Origin: a bacterium
Lineage (GTDB): Bacteria; Bacillota; Clostridia; Oscillospirales; CAG-382
Direction of reading: 5' to 3'
NCBI GenBank assembly: GCA_963661975.1
Contig: CAVLDN010000004.1
Location: forward strand, 5,045 to 69,044
DNA length: 64,000 nt
Below are positions 1 through 8,379 of the stretch, piece by piece (position 1 is the stretch's first letter; each line of letters opens with the position of its first letter). Below the pieces are notes generated by a model. It was not told where the DNA came from and did not search any database. It saw only the letters and a program-made list of their open reading frames with translations. The position numbers and the translations under genes are program-made.

Positions 1-76
1 CGATGGTTATTGAATCATCATCGAAGATATCGCGGAAAACCGCGGTAAGGCGTTCGAAAATCACTTGCTCTGTCAT
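1..76 (-). CDS. small acyl/peptidyl carrier protein, first 25 codons only (gene runs off the left edge)
   Basis: Minus-strand ATG at 74-76 directly abuts the stop (77-79) of the upstream FkbH-like gene. Translation MTEQVIFERLTAVFRDIFDDDSITI looks like helix 1 of small carrier proteins. The phosphopantetheine Ser would lie outside the window. Confidence 0.5.
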   Translation of the reverse strand, partial: MTEQVIFERLTAVFRDIFDDDSITI

Positions 77-1867
77 TTAATGTTCCTCGCTTTCGACTTT
101 TATAACATCATTTTGATTGCTGTATCCGTCAATTTTAAGCTGCCATACGGTATTGCCATTTTCGTCCTCGGAAATCTTTTCGAAGCCGAAATCACCGTAA
201 AGATTCTTGACCATTCCGTTTTTGGCGGTGGGGTAGTAATACCCGAAAATTTCGCTCACACCTTTTGCCGCACACCTTGCAACAAGCGTGTCGAGCATTG
301 CGTATTCCATCTTCTTTTTCAGAACACGGCAACTCATGAGCCAAAGCTCAATCCTGCAGGCATTGCCGTCTAACGCGCCGATAACAACACTCACGACACC
401 GTTGTCGCCGTAGGCATCCTCCATTTTGCCGTAGAGGGTAATCTTGTTATTATCTGCCGCGGCTTCTTCGATTTCGGGTTGAGTGTAGCGACGGGTAGTG
501 AGGTTGAACTGATTGGATTTGTTGGTGAGCTGCGTTATGCGCGGGATATAAACGGGGGAGAATGATTTTATCTCGGCACGCATGTCAAGACTTTTCAAAT
601 ATTCGTTATAATCGGTGAACTCGTGCTGTTGCGAGGCACGCTTTACATTTGCCTTGTACATATCGTTCCGTTTGAGGTCATCTGCGGAAAAAGCGGTGAC
701 TTCAAAATATCCGTTGCGGTCGATCGTGCGGATATAATCCGCGGGGCGAAGCATTTCGGGAACCGAAACGGCCGGAAGACTTCTTCTGACAAGCTCGCGT
801 TCCGTGGGGTTATCATCGGCAAAAACGAACGAATCAATACCCAAATCCATTTCGGCAGCTGTTTCGGCAAGGTTTCTGTCCTTCGTTTCCCAGTTTGCCT
901 TGATTACGATAAAATCGTCGGGGCGAAGAACGCCTTCCGGGTGATTGAGCCCGGCGATGGCATTTTCGTGATCGTTTTTTGATGCAACAGTCAGCATAAT
1001 GCCGATGCTTTTCTGCTTTTTCAAATATTCCTGAAACGCCTTGTAGCATTCTGCCGTTGCGGTTTCTTCGCCGATATCGATGCCTTCTACACCGTCATCG
1101 CCGACAACACCGCCCCAAAGGGTATTGTCAAGATCAAGAGCTATGACCTTTTTATTCTTCCCGAAAATCGATTTTATTATATGGGAAAGGTTGAAAGCAA
1201 CATAAGGCGTGGCATCTGCGGAAAAGGCATATTTATACATATACCATGCTTCGTCATCATACCATGCATCCAAACCGAAGCAGGCGGAAACATAAGCTAT
1301 ATCGCAAATGTAAAAGCCGCCGTTTTCACGCGCGTATGCGCAGAATTTTTCGTTAAGCCTGTTTATAAAGGATATTGTGCCGTGAATATCCCAGCAATCG
1401 CGATTGCCGAAGAGGCGGTAGGGAGGCAGCTCAAAATTATTCTGAATGACGGGGCAGGCATACTCTTCGCGCAGGCGTATCCACATCTTTTCGTAATATG
1501 AATACATTTCGGCGAGCATCTCATCGACCGCTTCCTGCGTGTCTGAAGCGGAGGGGAGAAACCCCTCGATGTTGCGGTAGCTTGTGTGGATATAGATGAG
1601 ATCAGGTGAAAACTCCTTCAATTCGGGGTTTTCAAACATGGCATCCTGCCAGAAGCGGTTGTATTCCGATTGGTAGAATTCCGGTTCGATCCCCTCGGAG
1701 AGAAGATATACCTCAAGAGTCTTTACTATATCATTTGTTGTGGAGCCGCCCAAAACGGCGATTTTCTTTTTGATTCTTTTGCTCCCGTCTTCAAGAAGCG
1801 CTCTGCGTGTCTTGCGGCGGTTCAGCGTCACCGCGGAAATGTCAAGAGGATAATCTGTTTTAGGCAT
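77..1867 (-). CDS. FkbH-like HAD-superfamily (subfamily IIIC) phosphatase/acyltransferase-type protein, 596 aa
   Basis: ORF 77..1951 trimmed to ATG 1867 (AGGAGA just upstream). This removes a 73-nt overlap with the upstream gene. HAD DxDxT motif in VIALDLDNTLWGGVVGDDG. The C-terminal ~150 aa look acyltransferase (GNAT)-like, which is inference. Confidence 0.75.
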   Translation of the reverse strand: MPKTDYPLDISAVTLNRRKTRRALLEDGSKRIKKKIAVLGGSTTNDIVKTLEVYLLSEGIEPEFYQSEYNRFWQDAMFENPELKEFSPDLIYIHTSYRNIEGFLPSASDTQEAVDEMLAEMYSYYEKMWIRLREEYACPVIQNNFELPPYRLFGNRDCWDIHGTISFINRLNEKFCAYARENGGFYICDIAYVSACFGLDAWYDDEAWYMYKYAFSADATPYVAFNLSHIIKSIFGKNKKVIALDLDNTLWGGVVGDDGVEGIDIGEETATAECYKAFQEYLKKQKSIGIMLTVASKNDHENAIAGLNHPEGVLRPDDFIVIKANWETKDRNLAETAAEMDLGIDSFVFADDNPTERELVRRSLPAVSVPEMLRPADYIRTIDRNGYFEVTAFSADDLKRNDMYKANVKRASQQHEFTDYNEYLKSLDMRAEIKSFSPVYIPRITQLTNKSNQFNLTTRRYTQPEIEEAAADNNKITLYGKMEDAYGDNGVVSVVIGALDGNACRIELWLMSCRVLKKKMEYAMLDTLVARCAAKGVSEIFGYYYPTAKNGMVKNLYGDFGFEKISEDENGNTVWQLKIDGYSNQNDVIKVESEEH

Positions 1868-1878
1868 TTTTTCTCCTT

Positions 1879-3270
1879 TTAATAATTGAGCATATTGTTT
1901 ACCTTGGTCATGAAGTCGCCGGTAACGGCAAATGCAGACATTGATAGGCAAACATCGGTGACACCGTATTCGGTGATAAAGGTCTTCACATTAAGCTTGA
2001 ATTCGCGGCTGTCGACAATATATACATGATCGTACGAGCCGACGAGGAACGGCGCAAGTGCATTGCCGTAGCTGTCCTTGATGAGCAGAAGCGATCTGCC
2101 GGTATTAAGGTCGCTGTAAATGTGCGTTGCATAGGAATCGCCGTAGATAAATTTGGTGTATCCTTTCGCACCGGAGAAGAGCGTTCTGCCTGTGATGGTG
2201 TCAGTGAATTTATCCTTTGAATTATATTCGACCGTGTACGCACGGGAGGGTATGTACCATGTAAAGGTTTCGGGGTTATTCTTCAATTCCGGCGCCTGAG
2301 ACCATGTTGCCAAAGTGCCGAGATAACCGGATTCGCTGTTGGAAGTGAAGGTGGAAAGATCGTCGAAGGGCGTACCTGCAACTCTTGCAAGCTGCTGTGC
2401 GGCATAGTAAGCGCCGAGCGCATTCCAATGGTGATCGGTGCGTGCGTAGATTTCTTCATCAACGTGTCCGGCAAGAGCCGCGATAACATCGACATATTTT
2501 ACATCGATAAGCGAATCGGCAAGCGCTCCGAAGCAGTTTTTGTGATTTTCGATGGAATTCGGATATTTGGAAGGCGCATAGAACGCGCTTGCAAGCGGGG
2601 GACAAAGTACATAGACATTCGCGTTTATACCTGCCTCGGTGAGAGCTGTCTTGAACTGATTGACCTTTGCGCCGGTGTTTGCGCCCGCCTTTGCGGTTCC
2701 GCCGTACTGTTCCATTCCGCGGTTGCCGGAAATAAGTATTCCGCGGTTGGCGATATATGCACCGTCATTTACGGGAGGAACGATCGTGGTCTCCTTCTTT
2801 TTGATCTCAACGGCGGCGTTGAGCGGCTGTGCGGATATGATATCAACTCCCTCGGGGGCTTTGTACTGTATAAGAAATTCGTTTGTACCCGCCTCCGCTG
2901 CTGTACTGACATCTATAACAGCGGAAATGTCGGAGGAGAGAAGGGAATCGATGACATTCTTATCGCCCTTTACTGTAATCTCCGCTTCACCGTTGTATGG
3001 ATCGCAATAAAGTCCGATCTTTTCAAGCGTATCGGAACCGTCGATGAGTATGGCTATTCCGGAGATGGTGCGCGTGTAGGTATTATCCGATTCGGAAGAG
3101 CTGTCGGCGTCGCCGGAGGACGATGTCCCCGATGAAGAGGACTGAGATGCCGCAGACAAGGTGCCCGGCTGTGAAGAATTCTCGGTCGTCGTGTCGCAAG
3201 CAATAAGAAGCACGGCGACAATAAAGGGAATGATCAGTAAATAATACTTCTTTCTTCTGTTTGCTTTCAT
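1879..3270 (-). CDS. DHHW-family (AlgJ/AlgX-like SGNH) extracytoplasmic protein, lipoprotein form
   Basis: Signal peptide with lipobox (VLLIAC). Ser/Asp-rich linker. Motifs RTDHHWNALGAYY and LIKDSYGNAL are shared with the adjacent paralog. Start lies 1 nt after the upstream stop. Confidence 0.75.
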   Translation of the reverse strand: MKANRRKKYYLLIIPFIVAVLLIACDTTTENSSQPGTLSAASQSSSSGTSSSGDADSSSESDNTYTRTISGIAILIDGSDTLEKIGLYCDPYNGEAEITVKGDKNVIDSLLSSDISAVIDVSTAAEAGTNEFLIQYKAPEGVDIISAQPLNAAVEIKKKETTIVPPVNDGAYIANRGILISGNRGMEQYGGTAKAGANTGAKVNQFKTALTEAGINANVYVLCPPLASAFYAPSKYPNSIENHKNCFGALADSLIDVKYVDVIAALAGHVDEEIYARTDHHWNALGAYYAAQQLARVAGTPFDDLSTFTSNSESGYLGTLATWSQAPELKNNPETFTWYIPSRAYTVEYNSKDKFTDTITGRTLFSGAKGYTKFIYGDSYATHIYSDLNTGRSLLLIKDSYGNALAPFLVGSYDHVYIVDSREFKLNVKTFITEYGVTDVCLSMSAFAVTGDFMTKVNNMLNY

Positions 3271-3271
3271 G

Positions 3272-4657
3272 TTATTTGCAAAGCTCCTTGATCTGGTTGA
3301 TTATTGTTTCGCTTACGGCGGAAAAGAGGCTTTCCGCAAAAAGAACATCGGTTACACCGTAATCGTTGATAATGCTGCGAAGCGGCACCGTAAAGGTTCT
3401 GCCGTCGACAACATATATTTCCTCGTATGCTTCAAGAAGATACTGGGGAAGTGCATTTCCGTAACTGTCCTTCACAAGCAGCAGCTTTCTGCCGTTGTGG
3501 CAGGCTTCGGATTTGATAATAACCGAGTTAATGTCGCCGTGGAGGAAGGTCGAATACCATTCGCTCCTGTATTTATCCGGATAGAACCAATAAAGCCCGG
3601 TGTACTGTTCGCCGTTGGAGGTGTCGAAATGATCGATCTCACCGGTGAAATCCTTGTTGCTGTAATACTTGATGCTGTAATTAACGGGCGGAACATAGGT
3701 TTCGAGATCTTCGGGATTGTTGAGCAGGACAGGGTTGTTTCCGGAGAATTTATAAAGCGTTCCGACATAATTCTCGCGGACATACTTGCGGTATTCGCTG
3801 ATATCCGATATCCCGAGCCCTGCCTTTTCGCAGAAAGTCTTTGCGCCGTAATAAGCGCCTAAAGCCGTCCAGTGGTGGTCAGTGCGGAAGTAAATGTGTT
3901 CGTTGGAATGAACGCCGAGCACATTATAGACATTTATATCCGTAACGCGATCGGAAAGATTTTCGCGGATGATGTCCATCGTATCTTTATTGCGGGAGAG
4001 ATAATAATTGTATTTTTCGGTATCCGCCAATGCAAGATAATACGCGCTTGCCTTTGGTACGGGCATGGAATACACCTTGATTGAGGGGTCAAGCGATTCC
4101 GCAAATTCGTTAAGCACCTGCGCAAAACGAACCGCCTGGGCATCGTTCCCGCCGAATAGTTCCATCCCGCGCGAGCCGACGATGAGTATCGAGCCGGAAA
4201 TTTCCGCACCCTGCTTGTCTTCGGAGGTTTCGTTCGGATTGTAGGACACTTCTTCGCTGCTGTCATACGTGCCGGGATTGCTGTTGTGAGAGATATCGAA
4301 ATCCCTGATGCTTTCGGTTTGATCGGGCAATGATGAAGAAGCATCCGCGCTCGATGTGTTTTCGGTCGAACCGTCGACTTTGTGGACGGTTTCATTTTCC
4401 GTCACGCCGTAAAGTGAACGTATGCGGGCTTCATAATCTATAAAGCGATCGCGCCCGTGGACGGTATCGGTGAAATATTGCGACATGCCGCTGAAATATT
4501 CACCGCTGAACAGGCTTTCAAGCGAGAAAACAGGCTTCTCTTTCAGGTTGACATAATCCGAAAGCTTCTCCCGCGGAAAAAATGTGCAGTATACAAACAT
4601 AAACACGAATGTCAGCACTATCAGAGTGAGACAAACAGCCGTAACGGTCTTTTTCAT
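3272..4657 (-). CDS. DHHW-family (AlgJ/AlgX-like SGNH) extracytoplasmic protein, N-terminal TM-anchored form
   Basis: N-terminal hydrophobic anchor (VTAVCLTLIVLTFVFMFVYCTFF). Acidic/Ser-rich linker. Motifs RTDHHWTALGAYY and LVKDSYGNAL. GGAGG RBS in the 17-nt gap after the MBOAT gene. Confidence 0.75.
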   Translation of the reverse strand: MKKTVTAVCLTLIVLTFVFMFVYCTFFPREKLSDYVNLKEKPVFSLESLFSGEYFSGMSQYFTDTVHGRDRFIDYEARIRSLYGVTENETVHKVDGSTENTSSADASSSLPDQTESIRDFDISHNSNPGTYDSSEEVSYNPNETSEDKQGAEISGSILIVGSRGMELFGGNDAQAVRFAQVLNEFAESLDPSIKVYSMPVPKASAYYLALADTEKYNYYLSRNKDTMDIIRENLSDRVTDINVYNVLGVHSNEHIYFRTDHHWTALGAYYGAKTFCEKAGLGISDISEYRKYVRENYVGTLYKFSGNNPVLLNNPEDLETYVPPVNYSIKYYSNKDFTGEIDHFDTSNGEQYTGLYWFYPDKYRSEWYSTFLHGDINSVIIKSEACHNGRKLLLVKDSYGNALPQYLLEAYEEIYVVDGRTFTVPLRSIINDYGVTDVLFAESLFSAVSETIINQIKELCK

Positions 4658-4674
4658 TTTACTCTGCTACCTCC

Positions 4675-6090
4675 TCAGAAGTTCTTGGCATAAAGGAACG
4701 GAACATTCGAGCCGAGTGCCTTTACGATAAGCGTGGTATCTACAAACAGCAATGCCACCGCAACAACCGTTCCGCATATCATGACAGCGGACTGAATGCC
4801 TTCACCCGAGGCGGCAAGGCGCTTTTTGAAGGCGGAGAATATCGGAAAGCTTGCGATTATTGCCAATGCGAGCAGGAACACATAAGGTGTTACCGCGGCT
4901 TTGAATGTATCATCCGTAAAGGCATTTCCGTTTGCACCGACAAGGTTTTTGAAGAAATTGCCCATATCGGACATGGAAGTGAATTTGAAAATGCCGAATC
5001 CGACGATTATAACAAGTTTGTTGTAAATGTGCATGACGGGTGTCGGGATTTTTTTGAGCCGCTTTTTACCGAGCAGCGTTTCGATATATATAAATATGCC
5101 GAAATACAAACCCCAGATTACATAGTTCCAACTTGCGCCGTGCCACAGGCCGGTCGTGAACCATACGAGAAACAGGGAAACGGTGGGCAAACGGTGCCCG
5201 AATATCGGCAGATAAAGCAGGTAATCGCGGAAGAAACTGCCGAGTGACATATGCCATCTTTGCCAAAATTCAGAAATACTGCGGCAAATGAAGGGGTAAT
5301 TGAAGTTTTCATCAAAGTGGAAGCCGAATATACGACCCATGCCGATTGCTATATCTGAATATCCGGAGAAATCATAATATACCTGGAGTGTGTATGCAAT
5401 TACGCCGACCCATGTTGCGGCAACGGAGGCTTCGGAAATGTTTTCGCCGAAGCACTTGTTGACAAGCAGTCCGAGGTTATCGGAAATGATGACTTTTTTC
5501 GAAAGCCCGCATATCACGCGCATAAAACCTTCGTACACATCATTTGCGGAGGATGTACGTTCTGTCAGCTCGCTGCCGATTGTCGTATAACGAACGATAG
5601 GACCTGCGGTGACGGTGGGGAAGAGGGAAATAAAGAGCAGAAGCTTCCCGAAATTACGCTGGAGCTCGACCTTTTCCCAATACACATCGACCATATACGA
5701 TATCATTCTGAAGGTGTAGAAGCTGATGCCGACAAGCATTACGATACCGGTGGGCTTGATGGATGCTCCGAAGATCGAATTGATATTGTCAATCACAAAA
5801 TCGGTGTATTTGAATACCGCAAGCATACCGATATTGAATAATATTGAAATAACAAGTGCAGTTTTCCGCCTGCGTTGACTGTTTGTCGGCGCAAGGAGCA
5901 GCGAAAGACCGTAGTTTACGGCAATTCCCAGTAAATAAATAACGATCCGCTTCGGTTCGCCGTAGGCATAAAACAAAAGCGAAAAGAAGATAAGCACCGC
6001 ATTACGGGCACGTATGCTTTTGAACGCAAAATATGCGATAAAGCAGACTACAAAAAAACCGTAGATAAATAAAAGATCGGCAAAAAGCAT
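4675..6090 (-). CDS. MBOAT-family membrane O-acyltransferase (AlgI/DltB/PatA-like)
   Basis: 471-aa polytopic membrane protein. Carries the MBOAT signature FWQRWHMSLGSFFRDYLLY with the invariant His. N-terminus MLFADLLFIYGFF is typical of the family. Confidence 0.85.
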   Translation of the reverse strand: MLFADLLFIYGFFVVCFIAYFAFKSIRARNAVLIFFSLLFYAYGEPKRIVIYLLGIAVNYGLSLLLAPTNSQRRRKTALVISILFNIGMLAVFKYTDFVIDNINSIFGASIKPTGIVMLVGISFYTFRMISYMVDVYWEKVELQRNFGKLLLFISLFPTVTAGPIVRYTTIGSELTERTSSANDVYEGFMRVICGLSKKVIISDNLGLLVNKCFGENISEASVAATWVGVIAYTLQVYYDFSGYSDIAIGMGRIFGFHFDENFNYPFICRSISEFWQRWHMSLGSFFRDYLLYLPIFGHRLPTVSLFLVWFTTGLWHGASWNYVIWGLYFGIFIYIETLLGKKRLKKIPTPVMHIYNKLVIIVGFGIFKFTSMSDMGNFFKNLVGANGNAFTDDTFKAAVTPYVFLLALAIIASFPIFSAFKKRLAASGEGIQSAVMICGTVVAVALLFVDTTLIVKALGSNVPFLYAKNF

Positions 6091-6121
6091 ATGATTTATT
6101 CTCCGTAATTGTTCTGGGTAG

Positions 6122-6150
6122 ATTATATCACTTCAGTTTACATAAGTCAA
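6122..6150 (-). promoter_or_regulatory. sigA-type promoter of the MBOAT operon
   Basis: Minus strand reads TTGACT-17 nt-TATAAT with TG at the extended -10 position. It lies about 30 nt upstream of the MBOAT ATG. Confidence 0.7.
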
Positions 6151-6183
6151 CACGAAACGGGCATACTTTCGGTTGAAAATATA

Positions 6184-7005
6184 TCAGCTGTCATTTTGCG
6201 AAAGTATGGAATTTACCTCTGCGCCGATGAACATTATATACATACAGACATATAGCCAAAGAAGCAGGATCATAACCGCCGCAAGCGAGCCGTAAAGCTT
6301 GGAATAGTTGCTGAAATTGTCGATAAAGAATGAAAAGAGTATTGAAAACGACACCCACCCCGTGGCTGAAATCATCGCACCGGGCATCTGGTCGGAAAAC
6401 CGCACCTTTTTGCTCGGCAGTGCTTTATAAAGCAAAAGGAAGAATGCAACCAACATCAGAAAGCCTATTATAAAACGCAGGGAAGATACCACATATACCA
6501 ACCCCTTCAGATTCGGAAAGAGGGAATACATATAGTTTGCGATTGTTTTGCCGAATACCATCAGAAACAGTGCGATAAGAAGTATCACTATAAAAACGAG
6601 GGTATAGAAAACCGCGAGTATGCGCAGGAGGAAATAATTACGCGACTCACGCACATCATAGACTGAGTTGAGCCCTCCGATTATCGAAAATATTCCCTTT
6701 GATGCCGACCACAGCAGAACAAATGCCGAAACGATCGTTAACGAAAGCGTGTTCGAGCCTATGATTTCCTTGAAATAATCGGAGAAAAAACCTTTCAGTA
6801 TGCTGGGCGAAATCTCTTTCGCGGTGTTTGTGAGATATTCGGAGGATGAAGTAAAATTCAACCTCGAAATAAGCGAAAGCAGCAGAACGACGAGCGGCAC
6901 AAGAGAGAAAAACATAAAATAAGCCGTCTGAGCGGAATATGCGCCGATCCTGCTAGCCGAAACTTTTCGGGAAAAGTATTTGATTTTTCTGATCAGAGAT
7001 TGCAT
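6184..7005 (-). CDS. YihY/BrkB-family integral membrane protein
   Basis: 273 aa with about 6 TM segments. N-terminal region (GAYSAQTAYFMFFSLVPLVVLL) is typical of YihY-family proteins. Confidence 0.65.
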   Translation of the reverse strand: MQSLIRKIKYFSRKVSASRIGAYSAQTAYFMFFSLVPLVVLLLSLISRLNFTSSSEYLTNTAKEISPSILKGFFSDYFKEIIGSNTLSLTIVSAFVLLWSASKGIFSIIGGLNSVYDVRESRNYFLLRILAVFYTLVFIVILLIALFLMVFGKTIANYMYSLFPNLKGLVYVVSSLRFIIGFLMLVAFFLLLYKALPSKKVRFSDQMPGAMISATGWVSFSILFSFFIDNFSNYSKLYGSLAAVMILLLWLYVCMYIMFIGAEVNSILSQNDS

Positions 7006-7033
7006 TCGCCGTTCTCCTTATCTGCAAAGCGGA

Positions 7034-7062
7034 TTGACTTGCCGAGGTTGAAATGCTATAAT
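7034..7062 (+). promoter_or_regulatory. sigA-type promoter
   Basis: TTGACT-17 nt-TATAAT, located 39 nt upstream of the 7101 ATG. Confidence 0.7.
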
Positions 7063-7100
7063 AAAAGCATCACGGATAACAAGTTCAAGAGGTAGCCGAA

Positions 7101-7562
7101 ATGGTCGAAATTAAGAGCAATTATAAAGCGGAAGAGCTTGAAGCACGATGGGATGAAATGACATCACCCGCTCGATTTGCCGGATGTGACGACACATTGG
7201 ATCTTATATTCGTTGCGGACCGTAAAGGCCGTAAGGTCCGGCTCGTTCGCAAGGCTCGTATGGTACATGAACCGTTTTGCTGCGTTTTCCGAGGGAAAAT
7301 GTCCGCAAACGGCAGCGGCAGCAGCATAAAGGGAGTATTTACAAAATCTATTGCCGACTATATAACCGTCCTGCTCATAACCGCTCTGCTGTTTTATGTC
7401 CGCCATGAGGTGATATTGCGCGGAAGTGCTCTTTACACCGTGAATATTTTGCTGGCTGTCTGGATTATCGCCGCGATATTGCTGCTTTACAACACCAAGC
7501 GTGTCAGAAGAAAATATATCGAGTTTTTGGAACGAATTGCCTGCGGCGGGCAAACCGAATAA
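7101..7562 (+). CDS. hypothetical protein: soluble N-terminal ~85 aa plus two TM helices
   Basis: ORF with an AGAGG RBS and a consensus promoter upstream. Two hydrophobic segments (ITVLLITALLFYV, ILLAVWIIAAILLLY). No family recognised. Confidence 0.5.
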   Translation: MVEIKSNYKAEELEARWDEMTSPARFAGCDDTLDLIFVADRKGRKVRLVRKARMVHEPFCCVFRGKMSANGSGSSIKGVFTKSIADYITVLLITALLFYVRHEVILRGSALYTVNILLAVWIIAAILLLYNTKRVRRKYIEFLERIACGGQTE

Positions 7563-7575
7563 ATCGAATCCCTTA

Positions 7576-8238
7576 TCAACCGAGCGGAGGTGTTGTCAGC
7601 ATAATACCGGCTTCCTCAAATGACCGGGCGATGTATGTTGCTCCCGCTTCCTCATGTTCGCCGGGACGGGCTGTTCCCGTATAAATGCCGAGTGAATCTA
7701 TGCCCGATTTTTTCGCGCCGATGTCATCGTATTTCATATCGCCGACCATGAGAGCATTCCTTCGCGCGGACGATATTCCGAACCTGCGCAAGGCTTCTTC
7801 TATGACTTGATCCTTTGTGCTTATGCTCTCGTCCAGATTAGAACCGGTGATGTATTCGAATTTATCCGCTATACCAAAATATGAAAGCATTATGCCTGCG
7901 TATTCTTCATATTTTGATGTTGCCACGCCCAGCCTGTAACCGTGGCGAAGCAGGAGCTCAAGCAGCTCCGGAATGCCGTCGAAAAGCTTCGATTCATCAA
8001 GTGCGATTTTATTGTATTTTTCGCGATAGTAGCCGATCGCTTCTGCCGCCTGTTCCTCCGTCAAGCCCGCAAAGTTCATGAAGGAAAATCTCAGAGGCGG
8101 GCCGAGGAAGGGTTTAAGTTCATCGAGCGAACGGTATATTCCGTATTTTGTGAGCGCATATTGGGCTGATATCACGACACCGCGCAGGGTATCCACCAAA
8201 GTGCCGTCCAGATCGAAAAGAAGATAATCGTATTTCAT
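7576..8238 (-). CDS. HAD-family hydrolase (phosphoglycolate phosphatase/PGP-like)
   Basis: N-terminal motif YLLFDLDGTLVDT and C-terminal MVGDMKYD motif of HAD-IA phosphatases. Confidence 0.75.
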   Translation of the reverse strand: MKYDYLLFDLDGTLVDTLRGVVISAQYALTKYGIYRSLDELKPFLGPPLRFSFMNFAGLTEEQAAEAIGYYREKYNKIALDESKLFDGIPELLELLLRHGYRLGVATSKYEEYAGIMLSYFGIADKFEYITGSNLDESISTKDQVIEEALRRFGISSARRNALMVGDMKYDDIGAKKSGIDSLGIYTGTARPGEHEEAGATYIARSFEEAGIMLTTPPLG

Positions 8239-8322
8239 GTGCCGTCCTGAATTTCGCGAAAGATTTCATTATGATTATACCATTAAAATTCGCACTTTTC
8301 AATCATCGGCTGAAAAAATTGC

Positions 8323-8350
8323 TTGAAATTCCCGCGGAATTTGCTATAAT
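8323..8350 (+). promoter_or_regulatory. sigA-type promoter
   Basis: TTGAAA-16 nt-TATAAT, located 30 nt upstream of the 8380 ATG. Confidence 0.6.
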
Positions 8351-8379
8351 ATTATTATAATACCGTAAGGAGTGGAATC

